From Eimeria praecox (lineage: Eukaryota), in NCBI GenBank assembly GCA_963920595.1, contig OY986948.1, forward strand, positions 2,418,001 through 2,482,000: a stretch of DNA of 64,000 nt, given 5' to 3'. This document shows, piece after piece, positions 41,026 to 56,523 of this stretch. The position numbers and the translations under genes were made by a program. The notes under the pieces were generated by a model. The model saw only the letters and a program-made list of their open reading frames with translations. It had not been told where the DNA came from and searched no databases. Numbering within the stretch: the stretch's first letter is position 1; each line of letters starts with the position of its first letter.

Positions 41026-44000
41026 GACCCAGAAGAGCAAGCAGACAAGGAGCTGAGAAGAGCCTTTGAGAAAGCAGTGAGCAGTTCGGCGCAGAGCAAC
41101 GCCAATGCTGTGGACAGGCCAGCAGATGCACCATGCGCAGCTTAAAAAGGAGCCTTGTACCGTTGCCAAGGGTGTTAGTAGGATGCTCGGCAAGATTGAA
41201 GGACACGCCCATCGAAGTCCAAAACCTTCTCCGCGCGATTCCGATTCTTCACGCCGGTTTCGGGCCCGGCCATCTCGTAAATTCCGCCTTCCCAATTCAC
41301 TTCAAATTCCATCCTAATGGACTAACAACTCAAGCTGAAGCGGTACGGTCCTGCGTCTGATAGTAATGCAGCCACTAGCTGGTTTATATAGCCGAGTTCC
41401 TCAGTACACCAATGCACTGAGGCGATATCAGCGTTACTTCGAGGCGTCCCAAGCACCTTCAACTGTTTTCATATGATGCTGCAAAACAACATACCTCCTG
41501 AAGGGCCGAGCAGAATTACCATGATGACCGTTGCACAGACTCTTGCAGATGAGGCGAACAGATCCCTCCTCACTCAGCGGCTCAGCATCACTGCAGTATC
41601 ACCGCACCTATCAGAACTGAATCGTCACCTCCACTTCTGCAAGCAGAGCATCTGCAAGAAAAGGACGCTGTTAGAACATCGCACTGCGACCCTTCACCGG
41701 CAGAGCAGCGTACCTTCAACTTAGTGGTGAGCGATCAACGGCATTGTCGATGGTTTGAAACCCCCCTCTCTGCTGCTGCCATATATGCGCAGGGGCGCTA
41801 GATCAGCATTAGTGGCGCCTGCAGCCCAATGTATTATACCTTTCTACTCGACTGGCGCAGCTGAGGCGGCCATGCAGGCGCGCTACTAGGATTCCACCCT
41901 TAGTGCTGTCAGTGCTGTCTTTTGTTCTAGTGATCCAGCGTACCTCCTGTCCTTCATCCCCTTACGCACGATAGCGAACGGTAGAGCGATCCTGCGGTTC
42001 GTGGGACGGGTAGCAGCAACACTGAGAGGGGCACTGTAAATATGTGTGTGGCCCGCAAAGCCGCTGCCTGCAGAAGGTCCAGCCCCCCAAGAAAGCATCG
42101 CTAACACACGCCAGCGGCACGTCGGACACGCACAACGGGCAACGGCAAGCCCCCGTAGCCTTGCAGAGTTTCTAAAGGTCGCACAAATTCGCACAGTACA
42201 CACTTACGTGGCACCCAAGGACTAGTGGGCAGCCCACACGATGCCCATTCCTTTCCGCTGGTTGCTTTGCAAGACGAAAGGCATGTCCTTGTCCTGTGAT
42301 GCGTCAACCAGAGAAGCTGAACGACCATTTAGCAAAGACCGCACAAATCAAACAGATGCCCTACACCTCAGCTGAGACACACTGGAAACCGAGCTCTCAA
42401 TTCCCAGGAATCCTTTGGCCAAATCGCTAACGCGTACAAAGCCTAACAGCAGGGCCTGACGTTCCGTGGAATGCCTTTGACTTGTGCATTGTCCAAACGT
42501 GCCACGTAATCATCTTAGATCAATTACGCGGGAAACCTTGCATTGGGGCTTTTGACCGTCACCAGCAAATATGTGATGAGCAATGCCAGAAGGGGGAGCG
42601 CGCCTACTACCACAAAGAGCTAAATGCCAGACAAACAATCAAAGGAACTGAGCAGCCAGCAACCTCAAGAACAGTGTGTATCTTCCTCTTCTTGAGATCA
42701 ACCGGCGTGCAAGTTGTATGTTGCCCCCTACCAATCCTCTCAAAATAGTCCTACAGCAGCCGCTGTTGTTGTTTACCAAAACTCAGCATGGCGATGACGC
42801 ACATTCTAAACCCTCATTGGACTAGGAAAGCCGCATTCAGTAGCTTACGCGTATTGAACGCGAACGGGTGCGAAAAAAGACACACCTCCTTGCGTCCAGC
42901 CGACTTCTGTCGTATGCCTCATCCCAAGCACGAGGTCAGCGTAAACCAACAGAAACAGCGGGGAGCATGCTATCGCTAGTCTACACCCAAATACGCTTTG
43001 TTCTGCTTCCCTACAAACTAGCACTGATTTGATCAAATGGCTCACCAAGCAATACGCTAGAAGCAAGCTAAATCGCAAAACGTACAACTGTTCCATACCG
43101 CCTACAGTGGTCCCTCCCTAACCCTGGAAAATGCGGGGGCACTCGTCCCGCACAAACAAGCAAATTAACTTGCATGTAAGAAGCCTCAAATCGGGGGGTT
43201 CCGCTTGCTCTCGACACTGACGCTACAAGGAAAAGCACTTCTCCACTTCGATAACTGAACCGATGCTCTCGCACCAAACTAAGAGCTCATGAACTGTCTG
43301 ACTGAACTAGCTGACAACTAAGCACGGTGGGATCAAAAACATGGCCAGCAGCTTCCGGTTTGCTGTTTCAAACGGTTTCCGCCCTGCAACTAACAGTCAA
43401 CCAAAGACGGCGGAGGGCAGCAACGTGCAGGAGCTATTCAGCGCCTACTAATCAGTAGGTGCTGGTTGCATCTTGTGCATAGCGGCACCTAGACAAGTCC
43501 TCAAGCGAAATGGTACAAAATCACTGATTGTTGCAGTCACGGCTTAATCTAAGTGCTTGCTTGCCGCATACGTATGTGCAACCTGCCTTCAACCTACACG
43601 ATTCCCTTAAACAACCAAACGTTCCCGCACATCCTGCATCAGGGCATAGTTCCTACGATAATGACCGTGCTTCACAAGCGCTTGCTTGTTCGTCTGATGC
43701 CCTTCGGTGCTTCTCCCGGTCATCATCACCTCTCACACAAACGTAAAATAAGCAACTTGGCATACTAGCCTGCGTCTGCTCGCTTTACGGCCACACACAT
43801 GTATCGGAACGGCTTCACGGCATCGCACCGCCAACACACCAGGGTAAACAAACTGAAATCACGCAGTTCGGTGTCACTTTCTGAGCACCTCAGCTCCACA
43901 ACACCATGCCCGACAAAGCCGTAGCACTAGCTGTGAACAGGCAGGCATTAGCGGTAGGGGTGATGCACAGACAAACTCTACAAAATGAGGCACGCCCAGA

Positions 44001-46132
44001 TTCTGCCTCCCATTCTGCCCTGCGGCACTACACAGGTGACAAACTACAAGGTCATCAACCAACAACGCTAAAGCCACCCTGAGCTCCGACTCTGAAAATA
44101 TCTGCTGCCAAAGTTGGACAAGCCACACCCTTGTTGCGGCCGCGGAGCGAGATCACAATTTGCTGGCTCTGCAATGCATCTCGCTCTTGGAAAATCGCAA
44201 CTGACCTCTTTGTCAACAGCTGAGGGAACAACCGCCCTTTACACTTAACAAGTCCGCAAGTGCACGACTGAGGAGTTTTGTATGCGTAACAGGCATGCGA
44301 CCCTTTGAGATTTGACCAGGCACCTGCGGAGACTTGACTCACAAGCTGCGTCCAGTGCCTCCAAGTAACATCTGACCCCAAATTAAGCTGTTTACCATCT
44401 CGTCTGAGCCACTAAAATCGCAGGCCTAGCCGTTGCTATGAGGAAATCCTGCTGCATGGATCCGCACTAATTATGCTTCGCTTTGGGCGATTCACAACAC
44501 TTGCGCACCTGCCCTACCAACGCGCGTATACCAACGCCCGCCCGGCACAAAAGCTGGTCCATCAAGCCACAGGCACACACACGCACATGTATGTCATGCA
44601 AGGCTCACACGCCAATTGGTGCAACTGCAGGAAATAGACCTGGCTTGACAGGCACCAAAACGCTGCCGCATATAAGCAGGAAATCCCGTTATGCACAGGT
44701 AGGTATATCATGCGCAGCAAAGCTCGCTTCTCCAATGCTTGCGATCCCCTTTTCGCATAGATGCCTGTGAATGAGCTGGTCAGAAATCGAAGGGTCAAGC
44801 TGAAATTTAGGCTTGCCTTCAGGAAATCTCTACTCTGAACTAGGACCGCAGCCCTCACCTCACCAAAATGCAGGTTATAGAGGCTGCCCAAACATTGTGG
44901 TGACCAGGGCTGCATGCTGCAGATGCAATGCCTGATCTTCATGCTTTCACATTGCTTTAGGCTCTGCCTGCATTCTTGAATCCTTTTGGAACGATGGCAG
45001 ATCCGCGACTCCCCGGCTACATAATGTAGGTGACCCGCTCCAGACACCGACTCACGTTCTGCAGTAACACAGCATTAGTGTAGGGGCATGCTCTGTCATG
45101 TGCTTTGACGTGCGCACAGCCAGTTATTCTCCCAGCGAACCGTTGGCGTTACGCTCAGCAGATGAAATCTACACCCATATCTCATGTACTCTCCATCCAA
45201 GTCCTCGCAGACGCCTTCGGCCAACCATCACGAAACGCTTTAACACTTGTGAGCGTACAGGCACTTCAACGTATAACTAAACATGTAACTAAGCATCGTC
45301 CAGTCAGAGATGCATGCAAAATAAGGGTACGTAGCAGCGCTCGGAAGAAAAGAAAACCCATTGTGACAGGCTATGCCCTGCCAGATTTTCGTTAGACCCT
45401 AACTCCTGCAAAGCTGCGCCGCAAAGCCTATCAGGCGGCATGCTGAGATTCTCTACAAATCCTTGTGCCTTCATCGCTGGCACACCAACTCACCATCCGC
45501 CAAAATAATGCAGGGCAGTCTTGCAGAGATCAGCTGCAACTCCCAGCTTTACCATGCATCGCAGTTTGCAACTCACACAGCCAACCAACCAACCAACGGG
45601 ATAAACGCAAGCACAAATTGCGCCTGCTTGAGCCCTGCAATGCCGTCAGAGCATGCGTCCACACACTCGCTGTTCGGTCAGTCCAAGCTATGCGTCATGA
45701 AAGCTATCGCCAGGTTGTTGGTTCGTCCTCAATGCCGCATGTTTATATCCGTTCGCACAAGAGCGACAAACGGTATTGAGCTGAGCACGAACTAGCGGAC
45801 TGTACGACCCAAAGCGTCATATCCTCCACTTCCACTGCTAGTCGTGCACAAGGCCTTCTTAGTGGCGGGATCTGCTATGGCCGAACGCCTGCCAATAATG
45901 GAGGAAGAAATGAGTTTACACAATTGGAACGTGCCCAGCGTCCCGCGCAAGCCATTATTCATAGTGGCTGGTACGAACAAACAATGCTTGCGACCAAGTC
46001 ACAGTGTCGCCTCCAGGGCCCTTCACAAGTCAAAAGTGAAGGGCACTAGTTAGCGGATTCGTGCTTCCTAGAACTACCAAGGGCCGCCTTGCTGTGAAGC
46101 ATCGTAGTGAGCGACTTCCACTGTAAGTTGCC
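41026..46132 (+). repeat. Unit 9 (5107 bp, short class)
   Basis: No insert; anchor-to-anchor distance. Confidence 0.97.
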
Positions 46133-49100
46133 GACCCAGAAGAGCAAGCAGACAAGGAGCTGAGAAGAGCCTTTGAGAAAGCAGTGAGCAGTTCGGCGCA
46201 GAGCAACGCCAATGCTGTGGACAGGCCAGCAGATGCAGCATGCGCAGCTTAAAAAGGAGCCTTGTACCGTTGCCAAGGGTGTTAGTAGGATGCTCGGCAA
46301 GATTGAAGGACACGCCCATCGAAGTCCAAAACCTTCTCCGCGCGATTCCGATTCTTCACGCCAGTTTCGGGCCCGGCCATCTCGTAAATTCCGTCTTCCC
46401 AATTCACTTCAAATTCCATCCTAATGGACTAACAACTCAAGCTGAAGCGGTACGATCCTCCGTCTGATAGTAATGCAGCCACTAGCTGGTTTATATAGCC
46501 GAGTTCCTCAGTACACCAATGCACTGAGGCGATATCAGCGTTACTTCGAGGCGCCACAAGCACCTTCAACTGTTTTCATATGATGTTGCAAAACAACATA
46601 CCTCCTGAAGGGCCGAGCAGAATTACCATGATGACCGTTGCACAGACTCTTGCAGATGAGGCGAACAGATCCCTCCTCACTCAGCGGCTCAGCATCACTG
46701 CAGTATCACCGCACCTATCAGAACTGAATCGTCACCTCAACTTCTGCAAGCAGAGCATCTGCACTAAAAGGACGCTGTTAGAACATCGCACTGCGACCCT
46801 TCACCGGCAGAGCAGCGTACCTTCAACTTAGTGGTGAGCGATCAACGGCATTGTCGATGGTTTGAAACCCCCCTCTCTGCTGCTGCCATATATGCGCAGG
46901 GGCGCTAGATCAACATTAGTGGCGCCTGCAGCCCAATGCATTATACCTTTCTACTCAACTGGCGCAGCTGAGGCGGCCATGCAGGCGCGCTACTAGGATT
47001 CCGCCCTTAGTGCTGTCAGTGCTGTCTTTTGTTCTAGTGATCCAGCGTACCTCCTGTCCTTCATCCCCTTACGCACGATAGCGAACGGTAGAGCGATCCT
47101 GCGGATCGTGGGAAGGGTAGCAGCAACACTGAGATGGGCGCTGTTTATATTTGTCGGGCCCGCAACACTGCTGCCTGCAGAAGGTCCAGCCCCCCAAGAA
47201 AGCATCGGTAACAGATGCCAGCGGCACGTCGGACACGCAGGACGGCCAAATACAAGCCCTCGTCGCCTTGCAGAGTTTCTAAAGGTCGCACAGATTCGCA
47301 CAGTACACACGGACGTGGCACCCAAGGACTAGTGGGCAGCCCACACGCTGCCCATTCCTGTCCGTTGGTTGCTTTGCAAGACGAAAGGCATGTCCTTGTC
47401 CTGTGATGCGTCAACCAGAGAAGCTGAACGACCATTTAGCAAAGACCGCACAAATCAAACAGATGCCCTACACCTCAGCTGAGACACACTGGAAACCGAG
47501 CTCTCAATTCCCAGGAATCCTTTGGCCAAATCGCTAACGCGTACAAAGCTTAACAGCAGGGCCTGACGTTCCGTGGAATGCCTTTGACTTGTGCATTGTC
47601 CAAACGTGCCACGTAATCATCTTAGATCAATTACGCGGGAAACCTTGCACTGGGGCTTTTGACCGTCACCAGCAAATATGTGATGAGCAATGCCAGAAGG
47701 GGGAGCGCGCCTACTACCACAAAGAGCTAAATGCCAGACAAACAATCAAAGGAACTGAGCAGCCAGCAACCTCAAGAACGGTGTGTATCTTCCTCTTCTT
47801 GAGATCAACCGGCGTGCAAGTTGTATGTTGCCCCCTACCAATCCTCTCAAAATAGTCCTACAGCAGCCGCTGTTGTTGTTTACCAAAACTCAGCATGGCC
47901 ATGACGCACATTCTAAACCCTCATTGGACTAGGAAAGCCGCATTCAGTAGCTTACGCGTATTGAACGCGAACGGGTGCGAAAAAAGACACACCTCCTTGC
48001 GTCCAGCCGACTTCTGTCGCATGCCTCATCCCAAGCACGAGGTCAGCGTAAACCAACAGAAACAGCGGGGAGCATGCTATCGCTAGTCTACACCCAAATA
48101 CGCTTTGTTCTGCTTCCCTACAAACTAGCACTGATTTGATCAAATGGCTCACCAAGCAATACGCTAGAAGCAAGCTAAATCGCACAACGTACAACTGTTC
48201 CATACCGCCTACAGTGGTCCCTCCCTAACCCTGGAAAATGCGGGGGCACTCGTCCCGCACAAACAAGTAAATTAGCTTGCATGTAAGAAGCCTCAAATCG
48301 GGGGATTCCACTTGCTCTCGACACTGACGCCACAAGGAAAATCACTTCTCCACTTCGATAACTGAACCGATGCTCTCGCACCAAACTAAGAGCTCATGAA
48401 CTGTCTCACTGAACTAGCTGACAACTAAGCACGGTGGGATCGAAAACATGGCCAGCAGCTTCCGGTTTGCTGTTTCAAACGGTTTCCGCCCTGCAACTAA
48501 CAGTCAACCAAAGACGGCGGATGGCAGCAACGTGCAGGAGCTAGTCAGCGCCTACTAATCAGTAGGTGATCGTTGCATCTTGCGCATAGCGGCACCTAAA
48601 TAAGTCCTCAAGCGAAATGGTACAAAATCACTGATTGTTCCAGTTACGGCTTAATCTAAGTGCTTGCTTGCCGCATACGTACGTGCAACCTGCCTTCAAC
48701 CTACACGATTCCCTTAAACAACCAAACGTTCCCGCACCTTCTGCATCAGGGCATAGTTCCTACGATAATGACCGTGCTTCACAAGCGCTTGCTTGTTCGT
48801 CTGATGCCCTTCGGTGCTTCTACCGGTCATCATCACCTCTCACACAAACGTAAAATAAGCAACTTGGCATACTAGCCTGCGTCTGCTCCCTTTACGGCCA
48901 CACACATGTATCGGAACGGCTTCACGGCATCGCACCGCCAACACACCAGGGTAAACAAACTGAAATCACGCAGTTCGGTGTCACTTTCTGAGCACCTCAG
49001 CTCCACAACACCATGCCCGACAAAGCCGTAGCACTAGCTGTGAACAGCCAGGCATTAGCGGTAGGGGTGTTGCACAGACAAAATCTACAAAATGAGGCAC

Positions 49101-51326
49101 GCCCAGATTCTGCCTCCGATTCTGCCCTGCGGCACTACACAGGTGACAAACTACAAGGTCACCAACCAACAACGCTAAAGCCACCCTGAGCTCCGACTCT
49201 GAAAATATCTGCTGCCAAAGTTGGACAAGCCACACCCTTGTTGCGGCCGCCGAGCGAGATCACAATTTGCTGGCTCTGCAATGCACCTCGCTCTTGGAAA
49301 ATCGCAACTGGCCTCTTTGTCAACAGCTGAGGGAACAACCGCCCTTTACACTTAACAAGTCCGCAAGTGCCCGACTGAGGAATTTTGTATGCGTAACAGG
49401 CATGCGACCCTTTGAGATTTGGCCGGGCATCTGCGGAGACTTGACTCACAAGCTGCGTCCAGTGCTTCCAAGTAGCATCTGACCCGAAATAAAGCTGTTT
49501 GCCATCTCGTCTGAGCCACTAAATTCGCAGGCCCAGCCGTTGCTATGAGGAAATCCTGCTGCATGGATCCGCACTAATTATGCTTCGCGTTGGGCGATTC
49601 AAAACACTTGCGCACCTGCCCTACCAACGCGCGTATATCAACGCCCGCTCGGCACACCAGGGTAAACAAACTGAATCACGCAGTTCGGTGTCACGTTCTG
49701 AGCACCTCAGCTCCGCAATACCATGCCCGACAAAGCCTTAGCACAAGCTGGTTCATCAAGCCACAGGCACACACACGCACATGTATGCCAAGCAAAGCTC
49801 ACACGCCAATTGGTGCAACTGCAGGAAATAAACCTGGCTTGACAGGCACCAAAACGCTGCCGCATATAAGCAGGAAATCCCGTTATGCACAGGTAGGTAT
49901 ATCATGCGCAGCAAAGCTCGCTTCTCCAATGCTTGCGATCCCCTTTTCGCATAGATGCCTGCGAATGAGCTGGTCAGAAATCGAAGGGTCAAGCTGAAAT
50001 TTAGGCTTGCCTTCAGGAAATCTCTACTCTGAACTAGGACCGCAGCCCTCACCTCACCACAATGCAGGTTATAGAGGCTGCCCAAACATTGTGGTGACCA
50101 GGGCTGCATGCTGCAGATGCAATGCCTGATCTTCATGCTTTCACATTGCTTTAGGCTCTGCCTGCATTCTTGAATCCTTTTGGAACGATGGCAAATCCGC
50201 GACTCCCCGGCTACGTAATGCACGTCACCCGCTCCAGACACCAACTTACTTTCTACAGTAACACAGCATTCGTGTAGGGGCATGCTCTATCATGTGCTTT
50301 GACGTGCGCCCAACCAGTTATGCTTCCAGCGAACCGTTGGCGTTACGCTCAGCAGATGAAATCTACACCCATATCTCATGTACTCTCCATTCAAGTCCTC
50401 GCAGACGCCTTCGGCCAACCATCACGAAACACATTAACACTTGTGAAGGTACAGGCACTTCAACGTATAACTAGGCATATAACTAAGCATCGTCCAGTCA
50501 GAGATGCATGCAAAATAAGGGTACGTAGCAGCGCTCGGAAGAAAAGAAAACCCATTGTGACAGGCTATGCCTTGCCAGATTTTCGTTAGACCCTAACTCC
50601 TGCAAAGCTGCGCCGCAAAGCCTATCAGGCGGCATGCTGAGATTCTCTACAAATCCTTGTGCCTTCATCGCTGGCACACCAACTCACCATCCGCCAAAAT
50701 AATGCAGGGCAGTCTTGCAGAGATCAGCTGCAACTCCCAGCTTTACCATCCATCGCAGTTTGCAACTCACACAGCCAACCAACCAACCAACGGGGTAAAC
50801 GCAAGCACAAATTGCGCCTGCTTGAGCCCTGCAATGCCGTCAGAGCATGCGTCCACACACTCGCTGTAAGGTCAGTCCAAGCTATGCGTCATGAAAGCTA
50901 TCGCCAGGTTGTTGGTTCGTCCTCAATGCCGCATGTTTATATCCGTTCGCACAAGAGCGACAAACGGTATTGAGCTGAGCACGAACTAGCGGACTGTACG
51001 ACCCAAAGCGTCATATCCTCCACTTCCACTGCTAGTCGTGCACAAGGCCTTCTTAGTGGCGGGATCTGCTATGGCCGAACGCCTGCCAATAATGGAGGTA
51101 GAAATGAGTTTACACAATTGGAACGTGCCCAGCGTCCCGCGCAAGCCATTATTCATAGTGGCTGGTACGAACAAACAATGCTTGCGACCAAGTCACAGTG
51201 TCGCCTCCAGGGCCCTTCACAAGTCAAAAGTGAAGGGCACTAGTTAGCGGATTCGTGCTTCCTAGAACTACCAAGGGCCGCCTTGCTGTGAAGCATCGTA
51301 GTGAGCGACTTCCACTGTAAGTTGCC
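46133..51326 (+). repeat. Unit 10 (5194 bp, long class)
   Basis: Insert at ~49653-49746. Confidence 0.97.
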
Positions 51327-54300
51327 GACCCAGAAGAGCAAGCAGACAAGGAGCTGAGAAGAGCCTTTCAGAAAGCAGTGAGCAGTTCGGCGCAGAGCAA
51401 CGCCAATGCTGTGGACAGGCCAGCAGATGCAGCATGCGCAGCTTAAAAAGGAGCCTTGTACCGTTGCCAAGGGTGTTAGTAGGATGCTCGGCAAGATTGA
51501 AGGACACGCCCATCGAAGTCCAAAACCTTCTCCGCGCGATTCCGATTCTTCACGCCAGTTTCGGGCCCGGCCATCTCGTAAATTCCGTCTTCTCAATTCA
51601 AATCAAATTCCATCCTAATGGACTAACAACTCAAGCTGAAGCGGTACGATCCTCCGTCTGATAGTAATGCAGCCACTAGCTGGTTTATATAGCCGAGTTC
51701 CTCAGTACACCAATGCACTGAGGCGATATCAGCGTTACTTCGAGGCGTCCCAAGCACCTTCAACTGTTTTCATATTATGCTGCAAAACAACATACCTCCT
51801 GAAGGGCCGAGCAGAATTACCATGATGACCGTTGCACAGACTCTTGCAGATGAGGCGAACAGATCCCTCCTCACTCAGCGGCTCAGCATCACTGCAGTAT
51901 CACCGCACCTATCAGAACTGAATCGTCACCTCAACTTCTGCAAGCAGAGCATCTGCACGAAAAGGACGCTGTTAAAACATCGCACTGCGACCCTTCACCG
52001 GCAGAGCAGCGTACCTTCAACTGAGTGGTGAACGATCAACGGCATCGTCGATGGTTTGAAACCCCCTCTCTGCTGCTGCCATATATGCGCAGGGGCGCTA
52101 GATCAACATTAGTGGCGCCTGCAGCCCAATGTATTATACCTTTCTACTCAACTGGCGCAGCTGAGGCGGCCATGCAGGCGCGCTACTAGGATTCCGCCCT
52201 TAGTGCTGTCAGTGCTGTCTTTTGTTCTAGTGATCCAGCGTACCTCCTGTCCTTCATCCCCTTACGCACGATAGCGAACGGTAGAGCGATCCTGCGGTTC
52301 GTGGGACGGGTAGCAGCAACACTGAGAGGGGCACTGTAAATATGTGTCGGGCCCGCAAAACCGCTGCCTGCAGAAGGTCCAGCCCCCCAAGAAAGCATCG
52401 CTAACACACGCCAGCGGCACGTCGGACACGCACAACGGGCAACGGCAAGCGCCCGTAGCCTTGCAGAGTTTCTAAAGGTCGCACAAATTCTCACAGTACA
52501 CACGGACGTGGCACCCAAGGACTAGTGGGCAGCCCACACGATGCCCATTCCTGTCCGCTGGTTGCTTTGCAAGACGAAAGGCATGTCCTTGTCCTGTGAT
52601 GCGTCAACCAGAGAAGCTGAACGACCATTTAGCAAAGACCGCACAAATCAAACAGATGCCCTACACCTCAGCTGAGACACACTGGAAACCGAGCTCTCAA
52701 TTCCCAGGAATCCTTTGGCCAAATCGCTAACGCGTACAAAGCTTAACAGCAGGGCCTGACGTTCCGTGGAATGCCTTTGACTTGTGCATTGTCCAAACGT
52801 GCCACGTAATCATCTTAAATCAATTACGCGGGAAACCTTGCATTGAGGCTTTTGACCGTCACCAGCAAATATGTGATGAGCAATGCCAGAAGGGGGAGCG
52901 CGCCTACTACCACAAAAAGCTAAATGTCAGCCAAACAATCAAGGGAATTGAGCATCCAGCAACCTCAAGAACAGTGTGTATCTTCCTCCTCCTGATATCA
53001 ACCGGCGTGCAAGTTGTATGTTGCCCCCTACCAATCCTCTCAAAATAGTCCTACAACAGCCGCTGTTGTTGTTTACCAAAACTCAGCATGGCGATGACGC
53101 ACATTCTAAAACCTCATTGGACTAGGAAAGCCGCATTCAGTAGCTTACGCGTATTGAACGCGAACGGGTGCGAAAAAAGACACACCTCCTTGCGTCCAGC
53201 CGACTTCTGTCGCATGCCTCATCCCAAGCACGAGGTCAGCGTAAACCAACAGAAACAGCGGGGAGCATGCTATCGCTAGTCTACACCCAAATACGCTTTG
53301 TTCTGCTTCCCTACAAACTAGCACTGATTTGATCAAATGGCTCACCAAGCAATACGCTAGAAGCAAGCTAAATCGCACAACGTACAACTGTTCCATACCG
53401 CCTACAGTGGTCCCTCCCTAACCCTGGAAAATGCGGGGGCACTCGTCCTGCACAAACAAGTAAATTAGCTTGCATGTAAGAAGCCTCAAATCGGGGGATT
53501 CCGCTTCCTCTCGACACTGACGCTACAAGGAAAAGCGCTTCTCCACTTCGATAACTGAACCGATGCTCTCGCACCAAACTAAGAGCTCATGAACTGTCTC
53601 ACTGAACTAGCTGACAACTAAGCACGGTGGGATCGAAAACATGGCCAGCAGCTTCCGGTTTGCTGTTTCAAACGGTTTCCGCCCTGCAACTAACAGTCAA
53701 CCAAAGACGGCGGAGGGCAGCAACGTGCAGGAGCTATTCAGCGCCTACTAATCAGTAGGTGATCGTTGCATCTTGCGCATAGCGGCACCTAAATAAGTCC
53801 TCAAGCGAAATGGTACAAAATCACTGATTGTTCCAGTTACGGCTTAATCTAAGTGCTTGCTTGCCGCATACGTATGTGCAACCTGCCTTCAACCTACACG
53901 ATTCCCTTCAACAACCAAACGTTCCCGCACATCCTGCATCAGGGCATAGTTCCTACGATAATGACCGTGCTTCACAAGCGCTTGCTTGCTCGTCTGATGG
54001 CCTTCAGTGCTTCTACCGGTCATCATCACCTCTCACACAAACGTAAAATAAGCAACTTGGCATACTAGCCTGCGTCTGCTCGCTTTACGGCCACACACAT
54101 GTATCGGAACGGCTTCACGGCATCGCACCGCCAACACACCAGGGTAAACAAACTGAAATCACGCAGTTCGGTGTCACTTTCTGAGCACCTCAGCTTCACA
54201 ATACCATGCCCGACAGAGCCTTAGCACTAGCTGTGAACAGGCAGGCATTAGCGGTAGGGGTGTTGCACAGACAAACTCTACAAAATGAGGCACGCCCAGA

Positions 54301-56523
54301 TTCTGCCTCCGATTCTGCCCTGCGGCATTGTACAGGTGACAAACTACAAGGCCATCAACCAACAACACTAAAGCCACCCTGAGCTCCGACTCTGAAAATA
54401 TCTGCTGCCAAAGTTGGACAAGCCACACCCTTGTTGCGGCCGCCGAGCGAGATCACAATTTGCTGGCTCTGCAATGCATCTCGCTCTTGGAAAATCGCAA
54501 GTGACCTATTTGTCAACAGCTGAGGGAACAACCGCCCTTTACACTTAACAAGTCCGCAAGTGCCCGACTGAGGAGTTTTGTATGCGTAACACGCATGCGA
54601 CCCTTTGAGATTTGGCCGGGCACCTGCGGAGACTTGACTCACAAGCTGCGTCCAGTGCCTCCAAGTAACATCTGACCCCAAATTAAGCTGTTTACCATCT
54701 CGTCTGAGCCACTAAATTCGCAGGCCCAGCCGTCGCTATGAGGAAATCCTGCTGCATGGATCCGCACTAATTATGCTTCGCTTTGGGCGATTCACAACAC
54801 TTGCGCACCTGCCCTACCAACGCGCGTATATCAACGCCCGCCCGGCACACCAGGGTAAACAAACTGAATCACGCAGTTCGGTGTCACGTTCTGAGCACCT
54901 CAGCTCCGCAATACCATGCCCGAAAAAGCCTTAGCACAAGCTGGTTCATCAAGCCACAGGCACACACACGCACATGTATGCCAAGCAAAGCTCACACGCC
55001 AATTGGTGCAACTGCAGGAAATAGACCTGGCTTGACAGGCACCAAAACGCTGCCGCATATAAGCAGGAAATCCCGTTATGCACAGGTAGGTATATCATGC
55101 GCAGCAAAGCTCGCTTCTCCAATGCTTGCGATCCCCTTTTCGCATAGATGCCTGCGAATGAGCTGGTCAGAAATCGAAGGGTCAAGCTGAAATTTAGGCT
55201 TGCCTTCAGGAACTATCTACTCTGAACTAGGACCGCAGCCCTCACCTCACCACAATGCAGGTTATAGAGGCTGCCCAAACACTGTGGTGACCAGAACTGC
55301 ATGCTGCAGATGCAATGCCTGATCTTCATGCTTTCACATTGCTTTAGGCTCTGCCTGCATTCTTGAATCCTTTTGGAACGATGGCAAATCCGCGACTCCC
55401 CGGCTACGTAATGCACGTCACCCGCTCCAGACACCAACTTACTTTCTACAGTAACACAGCATTCGTGTAGGGGCATGCTCTATCATGTGCTTTGACGTGC
55501 GCCCAACCAGTTATTCTTCCAGCGAACCGTTGGCGTTACGCTCAGCAGATGAAATCTACACTCATATCTCATGTACTCTCCATCCAACTCGTCGAAGACG
55601 CCTTCGGCAAACCATCACGAAACGCTTTAACACTTGTGAGCGTACAGGCACTTCAACGTATATCTAGGCATATAACTAAGCATCGTCCAGTCAGATATGC
55701 ATGCAAAATAAGGGTACGTAGCAGCGCTCGGAAGAAAAGAAAACCCATTGTGACAGGCTATGCCCTGCCAGATTTTCGTTAGACCCTAACTCCTGCAAAG
55801 CTGCGCCGCAAAGCCTATCAGGCGGCATGCTGAGATTCTCTACAAATCCTTGTGCCTTCATCGCTGGCACACCAACTCACCATCCGCCAAAATAATGCAG
55901 GGCAGTCTTACAGAGATCGGCTGCAACTCCCAGCTTTACCATGCATCGCAGTTTGCAACTCACACAGCCAACCAACCAGCCAACCAACGGGATAAACGCA
56001 AGCACAAATTGCGCCTGCTTGAGCCCTGCAATGCCGTCAGAGCATGCGTCCACACACTCGCTGTAAGGTCAGTCCAAGCTATGCGTCATGAAAGCTATCG
56101 CCAGGTTGTTGGTTCGTCCTCAATGCCGCATGTTTATATCCGTTCGCACAAGAGCGACAAACGGTATTGAGCTGAGCACGAACTAGCGGACTGTACGACC
56201 CAAAGCGTCATATCCTCCACTTCCACTGCTAGTCGTGCACAAGGCCTTCTTAGTGGCGGGATCTGCTATGGCCGAACGCCTGCCAATAATGCAGGTAGAA
56301 ATGAGTTTACACAATTGGAACGTGCCCAGCGTCCCGCGCAAGCCATTATTCATAGTGGCTGGTACGAACAAACAATGCTTGCGACCAAGTCACAGTGTCG
56401 CCTCCAGGGCCCTTCACAAGTCAAAAGTGAAGGGCACTAGTTAGCGGATTCGTGCTTCCTAGAACTACCAAGGGCCGCCTTGCTGTGAAGCATCGTAGTG
56501 AGCGACTTCCACTGTAAGTTGCC
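51327..56523 (+). repeat. Unit 11 (5197 bp, long class)
   Basis: Insert at ~54846-54939, plus a 4-bp gain in the CAAC run. Confidence 0.97.
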
